Shown piece after piece: positions 55,606-64,000 of a stretch of DNA of 64,000 nt. The first letter of the stretch is position 1. Each line of letters begins with the position of its first letter. The notes under the pieces were generated by a model that worked only from the letters and a program-made list of their open reading frames with translations, ran no database searches and was not told the DNA's origin. A program made the translations under genes and the position numbers. This stretch comes from Myxococcota bacterium (lineage in GTDB: Bacteria; Myxococcota_A; UBA9042; PHBI01; JAWLBL01): NCBI GenBank assembly GCA_041687695.1, contig JAWLBL010000017.1:119383-183382 (forward strand). The letters are read 5' to 3'.

Positions 55606-56325
55606 ATGGACCGAAGCGCGCGCATGCAGGCCTTTGCCGCGCTGGCGGCCGACCTCGAGGGACGGGACCTGGCGTGCTACGCCGCGGCTGGCCGCGATCC
55701 GACCGAGGCCATCCTGGGCGAGGGGCCGCCCGACGCGCGCCTGTGCCTGTTCGGACGCGACCCCGGGGCCGAGGAGGTGCGGCAGGGGCGTCCCTTCGTG
55801 GGCGCGGCGGGGCGCAAGCTGCGGGACGGCCTGCATCGCGCCCTGTTCGGGCGGCCGGCGGAGTCGGCCGACGAGCTCCTGAGCGCGGGCGAGCGCGTGT
55901 TCTGGGCCAACATGGTCCCGTTCAAGCCGGTCGGCAACAAGGCGTGGTCGCCGCGGGTGCTCCGGCGCTTCAGGCCGCTCGTCGCCGACCTGCTGCTGTG
56001 CGGATGGCGCGGCCGCGACGTCGTGACGCTGGGGCAGGGGGCCTTCGCCTGGTTCGGCCTGGGCGGCGCCCCCGAGGCCGCGGAGACGCTGGCCGCGCAC
56101 TGGGCGCGCCCGGATCGCTTCACGACCTCGTGCGAGGTCCGCTTCGAGGCGGCCGACCTGGGCTCTGGCGAGGTTCACGCGCGCGTCCTGCGCCTGCATC
56201 CGCTGCCCCATCCCTCACCGGCCAACGCCGTGTGGGCCGCGCGCTTTCCGGCCCTGCTGGCGGCGCGACTCGAGGCCCTGGGCTGGACCGAAACGACCTG
56301 GCGCCTGCCGCCCGCGGGTCCGTAG
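55606..56325 (+). CDS. Uracil-DNA glycosylase superfamily protein
   Basis: GRDPGAEEVRQGRPFVGAAG, WANMVPFKP, VTLG, LPHPSPAN; GGAGGAG RBS. Confidence 0.88.
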   Translation: MDRSARMQAFAALAADLEGRDLACYAAAGRDPTEAILGEGPPDARLCLFGRDPGAEEVRQGRPFVGAAGRKLRDGLHRALFGRPAESADELLSAGERVFWANMVPFKPVGNKAWSPRVLRRFRPLVADLLLCGWRGRDVVTLGQGAFAWFGLGGAPEAAETLAAHWARPDRFTTSCEVRFEAADLGSGEVHARVLRLHPLPHPSPANAVWAARFPALLAARLEALGWTETTWRLPPAGP

Positions 56326-56331
56326 CCCCGA

Positions 56332-57744
56332 TCAGGCGGCCTCCGACGCGTCCCCGCCGGCTTCGTGCCAGGCCAGGAACTCGCGCCGCAGCTCGCCCAG
56401 CTCGTCCTCGAGCCGCTTTCGCTCGGCCCGCAGCCACGCCAGGCGATCGCCCGCGCCGAGCCGCCCGAACACGCTGCGTCGGCCCAGCCGATGCAGGCGC
56501 GCCTCGGTCACGTAGCGCAGCGCGAAGATCGCCGACGGCCCCAGGGTCGACGCGTACGCCGCGGCCGGCACGGGCCCGAGCAGGCCCGCCACGCCCAGCG
56601 TCTGACCGGTCCACGCGCCCCCGAACAGGAGCGGCGCCGCCACCAGCTTGAACACGGCCAGCCGATCGGTGCGCGGGCGGGCGACACGCAGGAGCGCGCG
56701 CAGCGCCAGGTAGGGCGCCAGGCTGTTGACCAGCCCCCACGCCGCGACGGGCGCCCCGCCCAGGAAGAAGGCCAGCCGCCCCGGCAGGTCCAGCTCGGCC
56801 GTCCAGCCCGAGCGGTGCTCGGTCCGATGCTGCAGCGCCGGCGACTCGCCGCCCAGCCCCAGCCGGCGCCGCTCGTCCAGGTAGCGCGTCAGCCGCCGGT
56901 GCAGCTCGGCCGTGCGGTCCGGATCGCGCGCCTCCAGCCAGCGGTACGCCTCGACCACCCGACGCGCCAGCGCGGTCCGCTCCGCCGGCGTCTGTCCCTC
57001 GGGGTCGAGGCCCTCCTTGGCGCGGATGTCCACCATGATCGAGGTCACCTGCGCGATGATGCGCTCGTCCTCGTGCGCCTCGACGTGCACCGTCAGCGCC
57101 CGCAGCGCCGCCTCGACCCGCTTGGTCAGCTCGCGCACCGCCGCGCGCTCGTCCCGCTCGGCCAGCGCCCTCAGCTCCGCGTCGACGACGATGGGCGGCC
57201 CGAACGCGACGTGCACGTCGCTGCGGAACGCCTGCCGCACCAGGTAGTTGAGCGCCACCGGGACGATCTGGACGCCCAGCTCGAAGCCGCGCGCGCGCTC
57301 GGCCCCCAGCGCGATGCGCGCCGTCCCGGTCCGCAGCGGGTGCACCTTGAGATCGGCGTGGGTCTTGCCCTCGGGGAAGATCGACAGCACCCCGCCGTCC
57401 GCGAGCACGCGCGTGCAGGCGGCGAAGGCGGCGTCGTTGTCCGCCGTGGCGCCGTGGTCGCTGCGCCGCTGGATGGGGATGGCGTGGGCGAGGCGCAGCA
57501 CGCGCCCGAAGAGCGGGACGCGGAACAGGCCGTCGCGGGCGCAGAAGGCGACCGGACGCTGCTCGCTCAGGCCGAGCAGCAGCGGGTCGATGATCGAGTT
57601 GGGGTGGTTGGAGGCGAGGATGGTCGGCGCCGCCGCGTCGAGGTGCTCGGTCCCGGTCACCTCGACCGTCCGGTAGAAGACGCGCAGCGCCGCGCGGACG
57701 ACGCCGCGGAGCGCGCGATAGGTGGGGGTGGCGGGCTGGGGCAC
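56332..57744 (-). CDS. Phospholipid/glycerol acyltransferase (PlsC family) with C-terminal membrane domain
   Basis: NHPNSIID (HX4D), IPIQR, IFPEG, VPVALNY. Confidence 0.92.
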   Translation of the reverse strand: MPQPATPTYRALRGVVRAALRVFYRTVEVTGTEHLDAAAPTILASNHPNSIIDPLLLGLSEQRPVAFCARDGLFRVPLFGRVLRLAHAIPIQRRSDHGATADNDAAFAACTRVLADGGVLSIFPEGKTHADLKVHPLRTGTARIALGAERARGFELGVQIVPVALNYLVRQAFRSDVHVAFGPPIVVDAELRALAERDERAAVRELTKRVEAALRALTVHVEAHEDERIIAQVTSIMVDIRAKEGLDPEGQTPAERTALARRVVEAYRWLEARDPDRTAELHRRLTRYLDERRRLGLGGESPALQHRTEHRSGWTAELDLPGRLAFFLGGAPVAAWGLVNSLAPYLALRALLRVARPRTDRLAVFKLVAAPLLFGGAWTGQTLGVAGLLGPVPAAAYASTLGPSAIFALRYVTEARLHRLGRRSVFGRLGAGDRLAWLRAERKRLEDELGELRREFLAWHEAGGDASEAA

Positions 57745-57883
57745 GGCGCACCTTCCGGGGCTGAGGGTGGGGTGTCCCGTCAGCCTGCCCCATGACGCCC
57801 CGCGTCAACCAGCCCACCACGTTCCGCAATTCGAACGCCGAAGCGCTGGCGGACCGAGCGTCCCTCCGCGTAGGTTCACCGCC

Positions 57884-59041
57884 ATGACACGCCTACGACC
57901 CATCGGGCTCCTCCGACGCGGGGGCGCGCTCGTCGCGAGCCTCGCCCTCCTGTCCGCCGCCCACGCCGCGCCGCCGCCCGCGGCCCCGGGCGCCGAGGCC
58001 GACGAGCCCAAGAGCGGGCAGCTCGACGCCACCCAGGGCGAGCAGGCGACCGAGACCGCCGCCGTCGTCGACCCGCTGGCCCCCGACGCCAGCGCCCCCT
58101 GGCGCGGCTCGATGCTGACCTACCGCAACATCGCCAGCCTGGTCAGCCTCGACGAGGGCGCCGAGCTGACCTTCAACCCGTACTACGCGATGTCGCTCAC
58201 CGTGCAGCCGCGCTACTGGCTGAGCAGCAACGTCTTCGTCCACGCCCGCATCGACGCGACGCGCGAGCTGACGGACGCCGACGACACGACCTTCGAGGAC
58301 GAGACGCTCCTCGGCGATCTCAGCCTGGGGGTCGGCGCCTGGCGCTTCGTGACCATCCCCGGCGTCGACGTCGCCGTGTCGGGCGGGCTCGAGGTCACGC
58401 TGCCGACCAGCAAGATCTCACAGGCGAGGACCTTGACGGTCGGCGTGACCCCCAGCCTCGCGCTGGTCAAGCAGTTCGACGTCCTCTCGGGCCTCGTCCT
58501 CTCCTACGGGGGCCGGGTCTCCAAGCTCTTCCACGAGTACACCACCGCCGAGCGCGAGGCCCCTCTCATCTCCGGGTGCGTGGGCGGCGCGTGCGGCACC
58601 TTCCTGAACGTGGGTGTCCGCAACGCGGAGTGGCGCATGACCCACTCGGCCAGCGTCAGCCTCGCCGCGACCGACTGGCTGCTCTTCGACGTCTCGGCCG
58701 CCAGCATCACCGACTGGCTCTACTCGGCCGCGCAGGACGACCGCGTCAGCCTGGTGCCCCAGGAGCCGGTCGACACGCGGCACCTCCTGTTCTGGGGCGT
58801 CGAGGCCGGCGTCCGCCCGATCCAGCCGCTCACCTTCGCGCTCGGCCTGAGCACCATCCACCCCGAGCTGGCCCCCGACTCGTCGCGCTACGCGGCCTTC
58901 GTCAACCGCTTCACCAACGTCTACCTGGACGTTCGCCTCGACCTCGGCGGCATCGTCGCCGCCCTGTCCAGCGACGCGTCCGACACCGCCCAGTCCCCCC
59001 GTCGAGAGACAACGTCCCTGCCCATGGAGGCCCGTCGATGA
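57884..59041 (+). CDS. Putative outer-membrane beta-barrel protein
   Basis: Signal peptide (AHA), then many alternating amphipathic strands (SLTVQPRYWL, VSGGLEVTL, LSYGGRVSK, VYLDVRLDL). Confidence 0.65.
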   Translation: MTRLRPIGLLRRGGALVASLALLSAAHAAPPPAAPGAEADEPKSGQLDATQGEQATETAAVVDPLAPDASAPWRGSMLTYRNIASLVSLDEGAELTFNPYYAMSLTVQPRYWLSSNVFVHARIDATRELTDADDTTFEDETLLGDLSLGVGAWRFVTIPGVDVAVSGGLEVTLPTSKISQARTLTVGVTPSLALVKQFDVLSGLVLSYGGRVSKLFHEYTTAEREAPLISGCVGGACGTFLNVGVRNAEWRMTHSASVSLAATDWLLFDVSAASITDWLYSAAQDDRVSLVPQEPVDTRHLLFWGVEAGVRPIQPLTFALGLSTIHPELAPDSSRYAAFVNRFTNVYLDVRLDLGGIVAALSSDASDTAQSPRRETTSLPMEARR

Positions 59042-62000
59042 GGAACCTGCAACTGCACTACTCGGCGCTCGTGCGCGGGCTCGCCCTCGGCGCGCTCTGC
59101 GTCTCCGCCGCCGCCGGCCTGTCCGCGTGCGCCGACGAGCGCCCGGCCATCGACCGCGTGCAGCCGTACGCGCTCGACAAGGCCTTCTTCGTCGGCGAGG
59201 ACCTGGCCGATCCCAAGGACGACCCCGAGTTCTGGACGCAGGCCACGCTCGTCGACGTCGGCTACGGCGCCGCGCAGGACGGCCTGTTCACCTCGACCTA
59301 CGCGCAGCCCATGTCGCGCCTGAAGTGGCAGATCACCGAGGATCTGCTCATCGGGCGCCTCGCCTACGAGCGCATCAACGGCTCGGACGGCAAGGGCATC
59401 GGCGAGGCCACGCGCGACGGCGTCGTCGTCGCGGCCTTCAAGATCGACAAGCACTTCGACATCGTCAGCGCCTACAACCCGACGACCGGCGAGAAGCTGA
59501 ACATCGTCGAGGAGAACACGACCGACCGCCCCTGGAACCAGCGGCAGTACATGCGGGTCGACTGGTCGAAGAACCTCAACGTCGACAGCTACGACTTCGA
59601 CACGCTCAGCCTCCTCGGCGTCTACGGTGGCATCACCTACGAGGCCCTGTCGTACTACGTCGAGGATCCGACCGATCCCGACGCGCCGTACTTCGACGAC
59701 GAGACCGGCTACTTCGACGTGACGGTCAAGGCGTTCGCCAAGCCGGACGTCATCGATCTCAGCAGCCTCGGCTGGGGCATCGACAGCTTCCCGTCGTGCT
59801 TTCTGCCCGGCGACTTCATGGGCGGCACCAACCCGCACGGCACCTGCAACCCGGTCGAGCTGACCATCCGGCACGCCTTCCGCCGCGTCGTCGACAACGA
59901 CTACGAGCCCGTCCACTGGGACGGCCGGCGCTTCGCGGCCTACGGCGGCTTCTACGTCGAGCGCTACGGCTACGCGCGCAACTACGGCATGAGCGACAGC
60001 CTGTGGCACCGCCTGCTGGCGCGCTACCCCATCTGGGAGCGCAGCCACTACTACGCCGAGCCCGAGACGATGACCGGACCGGTCGAGTGCTTCACGCCGG
60101 CGACCACGCCGTTCGGCGAGGACCCGCACCGCGATCTGGACGGCAACGGCACCGAGGACGAGTGCGAGGAGGTCGGCCCCGGCTCGCGCTGCGACACCTT
60201 CAAGCAGCGGTGCACGCTGCCCCTGCAGGAGCGCACGCCCAAGCCCATCGTCTGGTACTACGCCGACGGCAGCCACCCCGAGTACTACGAGCCCACCGCG
60301 GACGCGACCCACGAGTGGGACGTCGCGATGCGCGTGGCCGTGCGCAGCTCCCAGTACGCCGAGTGCGTGCGCGTCGGCGACAAGGACTGCGGGACGCGGT
60401 TCCCGGTGTACTTCGGCCAGCAGGACGACAACGGCGACGCCGTCGCGCTGGCGCAAGAGGTCGACGACTGCCGCCACGGCAAGGCCTACGCCGACCGCAA
60501 CCGGGATCCGGCCGCGTGCAAGGCCCTGGCCAGCGAGATCGGCAAGAAGCGCGGCTACTCGGCGGGCGTCATCGCCATCGCCGAGATGGACGAGATGATC
60601 GTGCTGTGCCACAGCCCCGTCGAGTACGGCGACCCGGCCCAGTGCGGCGCGCAGCGGCTGCCCGAGGGCTTGACCGCGGCCCAGTGCGACGCGGCCCGCG
60701 CGGCGGGTGACCAGGAGACGCTCGAGACCTGCCGGCAGGCGCTGAACGTGCGCCGCGGCGACCTCCGCTTCCACCAGGTCAACGTCATCAAGGAGCCCCA
60801 GACGCCCTCGCCGTGGGGCATCTACACCGACGCCGAGGACCCGCTGACCGGCGAGACGGTGAGCGCCAGCATCAACGTCTGGTCGCACGTCAACGACCTG
60901 TGGAGCCAGGGTGTCATCGACACCATGCGCTACATCAAGGGCGAGCTCGAGACGCACGAGATCACCGACGGCGAGTACGTCCGCCAGTGGGCCGAGGCCG
61001 CCCAGGCCGCCAGCTCGGGCGGGGCCCTGCCGAAGATGAGCCGGGCGCAGGCCGCCGAGCGCATGGACCGCTTCGCGCGAGAGCGCTTCGACGAGCACCC
61101 GGCCGAGTTCGACGCCGAGCACGAGGGCCACGCGCACGAGGCCGGCGCCGCGTCGTTCGCGCAGCTGAACCCGGCGGTGTTCCAAAAGGCCCGGGCGCTG
61201 GCCAAGGAGCTAGAGGGGGTCGCCGCGACCTACACCGCGACGTCGGCCCTGCGGCCCAAGTACCACGCGCGTCGCCAGGCGGCCGCGGGCACCGCGCTCG
61301 AGGCCGAGCTGATGACCCCGATGGTCCAGGAGCTGCACGGCATCGCCGGCCTGCCGATGACCGACGGGCTGCTCGACCTGGTCTCGCCGCTGCGCGGCGG
61401 CAACCCGAGCCTGCAGCGCGACATCTTCCACTTGAAGGAGAACGCCCTGGCCAAGCGGGGCGCCTGCATGCTGCACCAGGCCCCGGCGCCGCTCAGCATC
61501 ACCGGGCTCGCCGACGTCCTCGAGGAGAAGTTCGGCGCCTTCAACCCGGCCGACTCCAAGGAGGTCCAGCAGGCGCGCGCCGAGAAGATGCGCTCCTACC
61601 TGGCCCGCCGCGCCCACTTCGCCGTCATCGCGCACGAGATGGGGCACTCCATCGGCCTGCGCCACAACTTCGTCAGCTCGTCGGACGCCTGGGGCTACCG
61701 CCCGCAGTACTGGCAGCTGCGCACCCGCAACGGCAAGGTCACCCAGGCCTGCACCGACCTCACCCCGGACGGCGCCGGCTGCATCGGCCCCCGCTACCAC
61801 GATCCGGTCACCCCGGACGAGGCCGACAACCTCATCTGGATGTTCATGCACTCCTCGGTCATGGACTACGCCGGCGAGCTGTCGCAGGACACGCTGGGGC
61901 TGGGCGCCTACGACTTCGCGGCCGCCCGGATGTTCTACGGCGACACGGTCGCCGTGCACGCCGACGACAGCTACAAGGCCGGCACGCCGCGCGGGCAGGG

Positions 62001-63906
62001 CATGATCTCCAAGACGGACTCCTTCGGCGGCATCCTGGGCATCCAGCCCACCATCGGGGAGGACAACATCCACTACTCGCTGCTCAACAAGGAGTACCAG
62101 CTCATCCGCGACTGCAAGGTCGTCAAGCCGGGCGACTTCAAGCCGGCCCGCTGGGACGACGCGGCCGACGGCGAGTGGCACGCGGTCCTCGACGGCCACA
62201 TCGTCGCGGTCGACGGCCAGCCGACCCGCTGCCGCCAGCAGTCGGTCGACTACGTCCCCTGGACGTCGCTGCGCATGCCCCAGGGCAACGAGATCGCCAG
62301 CTTCTACCGCGGCGGCCCCGCCGTCGACCCCGACGGGCGCACCCGCGTCCCCTACGGCTTCGCGACCGACGGCTGGGCCGACCTCGGCAACCTCAGCGTC
62401 TACCGCCACGACAACGGCGCCGACCCGTACGAGCTGTTCGACTTCCTGGTCGCCCAGCAGGAGGTCAACCACATCTTCGACAACTACCGCCGCGGTCGAC
62501 AGACCTTCAGCGTGCGCTCGGCCGCCGGTCGCACCCTGTCGCGCTTCAACGAGAAGATGCGCGACGGCGCCAAGGGCCTGGGCCTGCTCAAGAACATCTA
62601 CTCCGACTTCGCGCTCGACCTGGGCTACGACTTCGAGGGCCTGTGGCCGCAGCTCGCGCCGCTGCTCTTCGGCGACAACATCCTGGCCTCGGGCCTGGCC
62701 TTCGACCACTTCGTCCGCACCGCCGCGCGCCCCGAGCCCGGCGATCACTTCTTCGACGCCTCGGGCGAGGTGCTGCGCTCGGCCGAGGACGTGGTCGGCA
62801 CGCCCGGCGAGACCGCGGTCGTCATCCCCAACGGCGCCACCGGCTACTTCGGCAGCATCGGCCTCGGCGGCAAGGTCGTCGAGAACCGCCTGGCCGACGA
62901 CCAGGGCGAGTACGACCGCGACTACACGCTCAACGCCGGCTCGTACTACGACAAGATGTACGCGGCGATGCTGATGACCGAGTCGGTCGACAACTTCATC
63001 AGCTCGTCGCGCACCGACTTCGTCGACGCCCGCTACCGCGCGGTGTCGCTGGCCGACCTGTTCCCCGATGGCTATCGCCGCTGGCTGAGCAACGCGCTGA
63101 CCGGCGACGACTTCATCAAGGGCCCGCGCGTGGCGGCCGACGTCTCCGGCATGCCGCTGACGGACACCGAGGGTTACCCCGCGCACGCCATCGGCTGGAC
63201 CACCTGGTGGGGTCCGACCCCCGAGGCCTGCTTCCCGGGTGACGGCACGACGGTCTGCAAGAGCTTCGCCGAGCCGCCGACGACCTGGGAGCCGAAGACC
63301 ATCAACGACGTGGCCGTGCTCGACCCGCAGATCGGCTGGGAGCAGCAGAAGTTCCTCATCGCCTGGACGCTGCTGTACCTGCCGGAGAACCAGCAGCAAG
63401 GCTGGATGAACATGCTGCGCGTGTGGGAGCTGGGCAAGGACGCCGACCCGGGCTTCGCCAACCGCATCGAGTTCCACGACCCGACCGGCAAGATCTACGT
63501 CGCCAAGACCTTCGGCAGCGAGGTCATCTTCGGCAAGCGCGTGCAGCGCGGCATCGCGGCGCGCGTCCTCGAGTACGCCAACGAGCTGCTCGCGGCCGCC
63601 TACGAGTGCGACGACGGCCCGGACCTCGACGGCGACGGCGCCCCCGACTGGTACCTCCCGCGCTTCAACCCGACGACGGGCAAGCCCATCGTCAGGTGGG
63701 ACCCGACCATCGCCGCCCTGAGCCCGCTGGGCTTCGAGCTGCCCAACGGCGTCCCCGGCTGCAACGCCCAGGGCAACCAGAACTGCACCTGCACGGCCAA
63801 CCGGGCCTGCCTCGCGCTCAGCGAGTACGTCGAGGTGCCGTTCTTCCTGCGCCAGGCCTTGGACGCCTACCGGCTGGCCTCGCCCCAGCCCAAGGGCATC
63901 TACTAG
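59038..63906 (+). CDS. Large zinc-dependent metalloprotease (metzincin) lipoprotein
   Basis: Lipobox LSAC; HEMGHSIGLRH zinc motif; SSVMDY Met-turn; Cys-rich inserts; DxDGxG motifs; ATGA overlap. Confidence 0.92.
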   Translation: MRNLQLHYSALVRGLALGALCVSAAAGLSACADERPAIDRVQPYALDKAFFVGEDLADPKDDPEFWTQATLVDVGYGAAQDGLFTSTYAQPMSRLKWQITEDLLIGRLAYERINGSDGKGIGEATRDGVVVAAFKIDKHFDIVSAYNPTTGEKLNIVEENTTDRPWNQRQYMRVDWSKNLNVDSYDFDTLSLLGVYGGITYEALSYYVEDPTDPDAPYFDDETGYFDVTVKAFAKPDVIDLSSLGWGIDSFPSCFLPGDFMGGTNPHGTCNPVELTIRHAFRRVVDNDYEPVHWDGRRFAAYGGFYVERYGYARNYGMSDSLWHRLLARYPIWERSHYYAEPETMTGPVECFTPATTPFGEDPHRDLDGNGTEDECEEVGPGSRCDTFKQRCTLPLQERTPKPIVWYYADGSHPEYYEPTADATHEWDVAMRVAVRSSQYAECVRVGDKDCGTRFPVYFGQQDDNGDAVALAQEVDDCRHGKAYADRNRDPAACKALASEIGKKRGYSAGVIAIAEMDEMIVLCHSPVEYGDPAQCGAQRLPEGLTAAQCDAARAAGDQETLETCRQALNVRRGDLRFHQVNVIKEPQTPSPWGIYTDAEDPLTGETVSASINVWSHVNDLWSQGVIDTMRYIKGELETHEITDGEYVRQWAEAAQAASSGGALPKMSRAQAAERMDRFARERFDEHPAEFDAEHEGHAHEAGAASFAQLNPAVFQKARALAKELEGVAATYTATSALRPKYHARRQAAAGTALEAELMTPMVQELHGIAGLPMTDGLLDLVSPLRGGNPSLQRDIFHLKENALAKRGACMLHQAPAPLSITGLADVLEEKFGAFNPADSKEVQQARAEKMRSYLARRAHFAVIAHEMGHSIGLRHNFVSSSDAWGYRPQYWQLRTRNGKVTQACTDLTPDGAGCIGPRYHDPVTPDEADNLIWMFMHSSVMDYAGELSQDTLGLGAYDFAAARMFYGDTVAVHADDSYKAGTPRGQGMISKTDSFGGILGIQPTIGEDNIHYSLLNKEYQLIRDCKVVKPGDFKPARWDDAADGEWHAVLDGHIVAVDGQPTRCRQQSVDYVPWTSLRMPQGNEIASFYRGGPAVDPDGRTRVPYGFATDGWADLGNLSVYRHDNGADPYELFDFLVAQQEVNHIFDNYRRGRQTFSVRSAAGRTLSRFNEKMRDGAKGLGLLKNIYSDFALDLGYDFEGLWPQLAPLLFGDNILASGLAFDHFVRTAARPEPGDHFFDASGEVLRSAEDVVGTPGETAVVIPNGATGYFGSIGLGGKVVENRLADDQGEYDRDYTLNAGSYYDKMYAAMLMTESVDNFISSSRTDFVDARYRAVSLADLFPDGYRRWLSNALTGDDFIKGPRVAADVSGMPLTDTEGYPAHAIGWTTWWGPTPEACFPGDGTTVCKSFAEPPTTWEPKTINDVAVLDPQIGWEQQKFLIAWTLLYLPENQQQGWMNMLRVWELGKDADPGFANRIEFHDPTGKIYVAKTFGSEVIFGKRVQRGIAARVLEYANELLAAAYECDDGPDLDGDGAPDWYLPRFNPTTGKPIVRWDPTIAALSPLGFELPNGVPGCNAQGNQNCTCTANRACLALSEYVEVPFFLRQALDAYRLASPQPKGIY

Positions 63907-64000
63907 ATGACCTCGGCGGGAATGGCGATCCGGTTATGCGCACAACGGCTTCCCTGCGTAGGTCCACTTGAAGGGCTTGGCGAGGACGGCGTTGAAGTAG
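63904..64000 (-). mobile_element. Right end of an IS630-family element (transposase C-terminus 63934-64000)
   Basis: Minus strand reads ...YFNAVLAKPFKWTYAGKPLCA*, typical of IS630 transposase C-termini; a CTAG/TA lies about 30 bp after the stop. Confidence 0.75.

Overview
A very GC-rich bacterial chromosomal segment. The gene content (GYF_2/AgmX-like, FG-GAP and zinc-ribbon proteins, many lipoproteins, a giant metzincin) suggests Myxococcota or another deltaproteobacterial lineage; this is an inference. About 50 CDSs and one tRNA-Ala(CGC) are supported. Main blocks, left to right: (1) lipoproteins, radC and a TatT-DctPQM (TPAT-type) TRAP operon whose DctM carries an acidic tail with a duplicated DP-repeat-like helix; (2) an FG-GAP lipoprotein, a Zn-ribbon protein and an NFACT/RqcH-like protein; (3) a tightly coupled respiratory operon (Rieske, cytochrome b fused to cytochrome c, caa3-type oxidase subunits II/I/III, CtaG fusion, cytochrome c, YtkA-like protein, di-heme peroxidase) whose subunit I has non-canonical proton-channel residues; (4) an ASRT, TPP enzyme, enolase-superfamily, FAD/Fe-S oxidoreductase operon; (5) a probable pseudokinase, a response regulator and a CMD-ECF41 pair; (6) tRNA-Ala, a degenerate sigma54-activator-like protein, RluA, HAD, an MFS with a PDZ-like insertion, ftsB and a PDZ protein; (7) a 64-bp tandem repeat array, a triple-PAS kinase and a palindrome-rich intergenic region; (8) a MerR plus VIT/vWA operon with a dyad operator; (9) asparaginase, UDG and acyltransferase genes; (10) a beta-barrel-like protein coupled to a ~1620-aa zinc-metalloprotease lipoprotein, followed by the end of an IS630-like element. 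All calls come from motif recognition by eye; no searches were run. No CRISPR array, integrase or prophage was seen.
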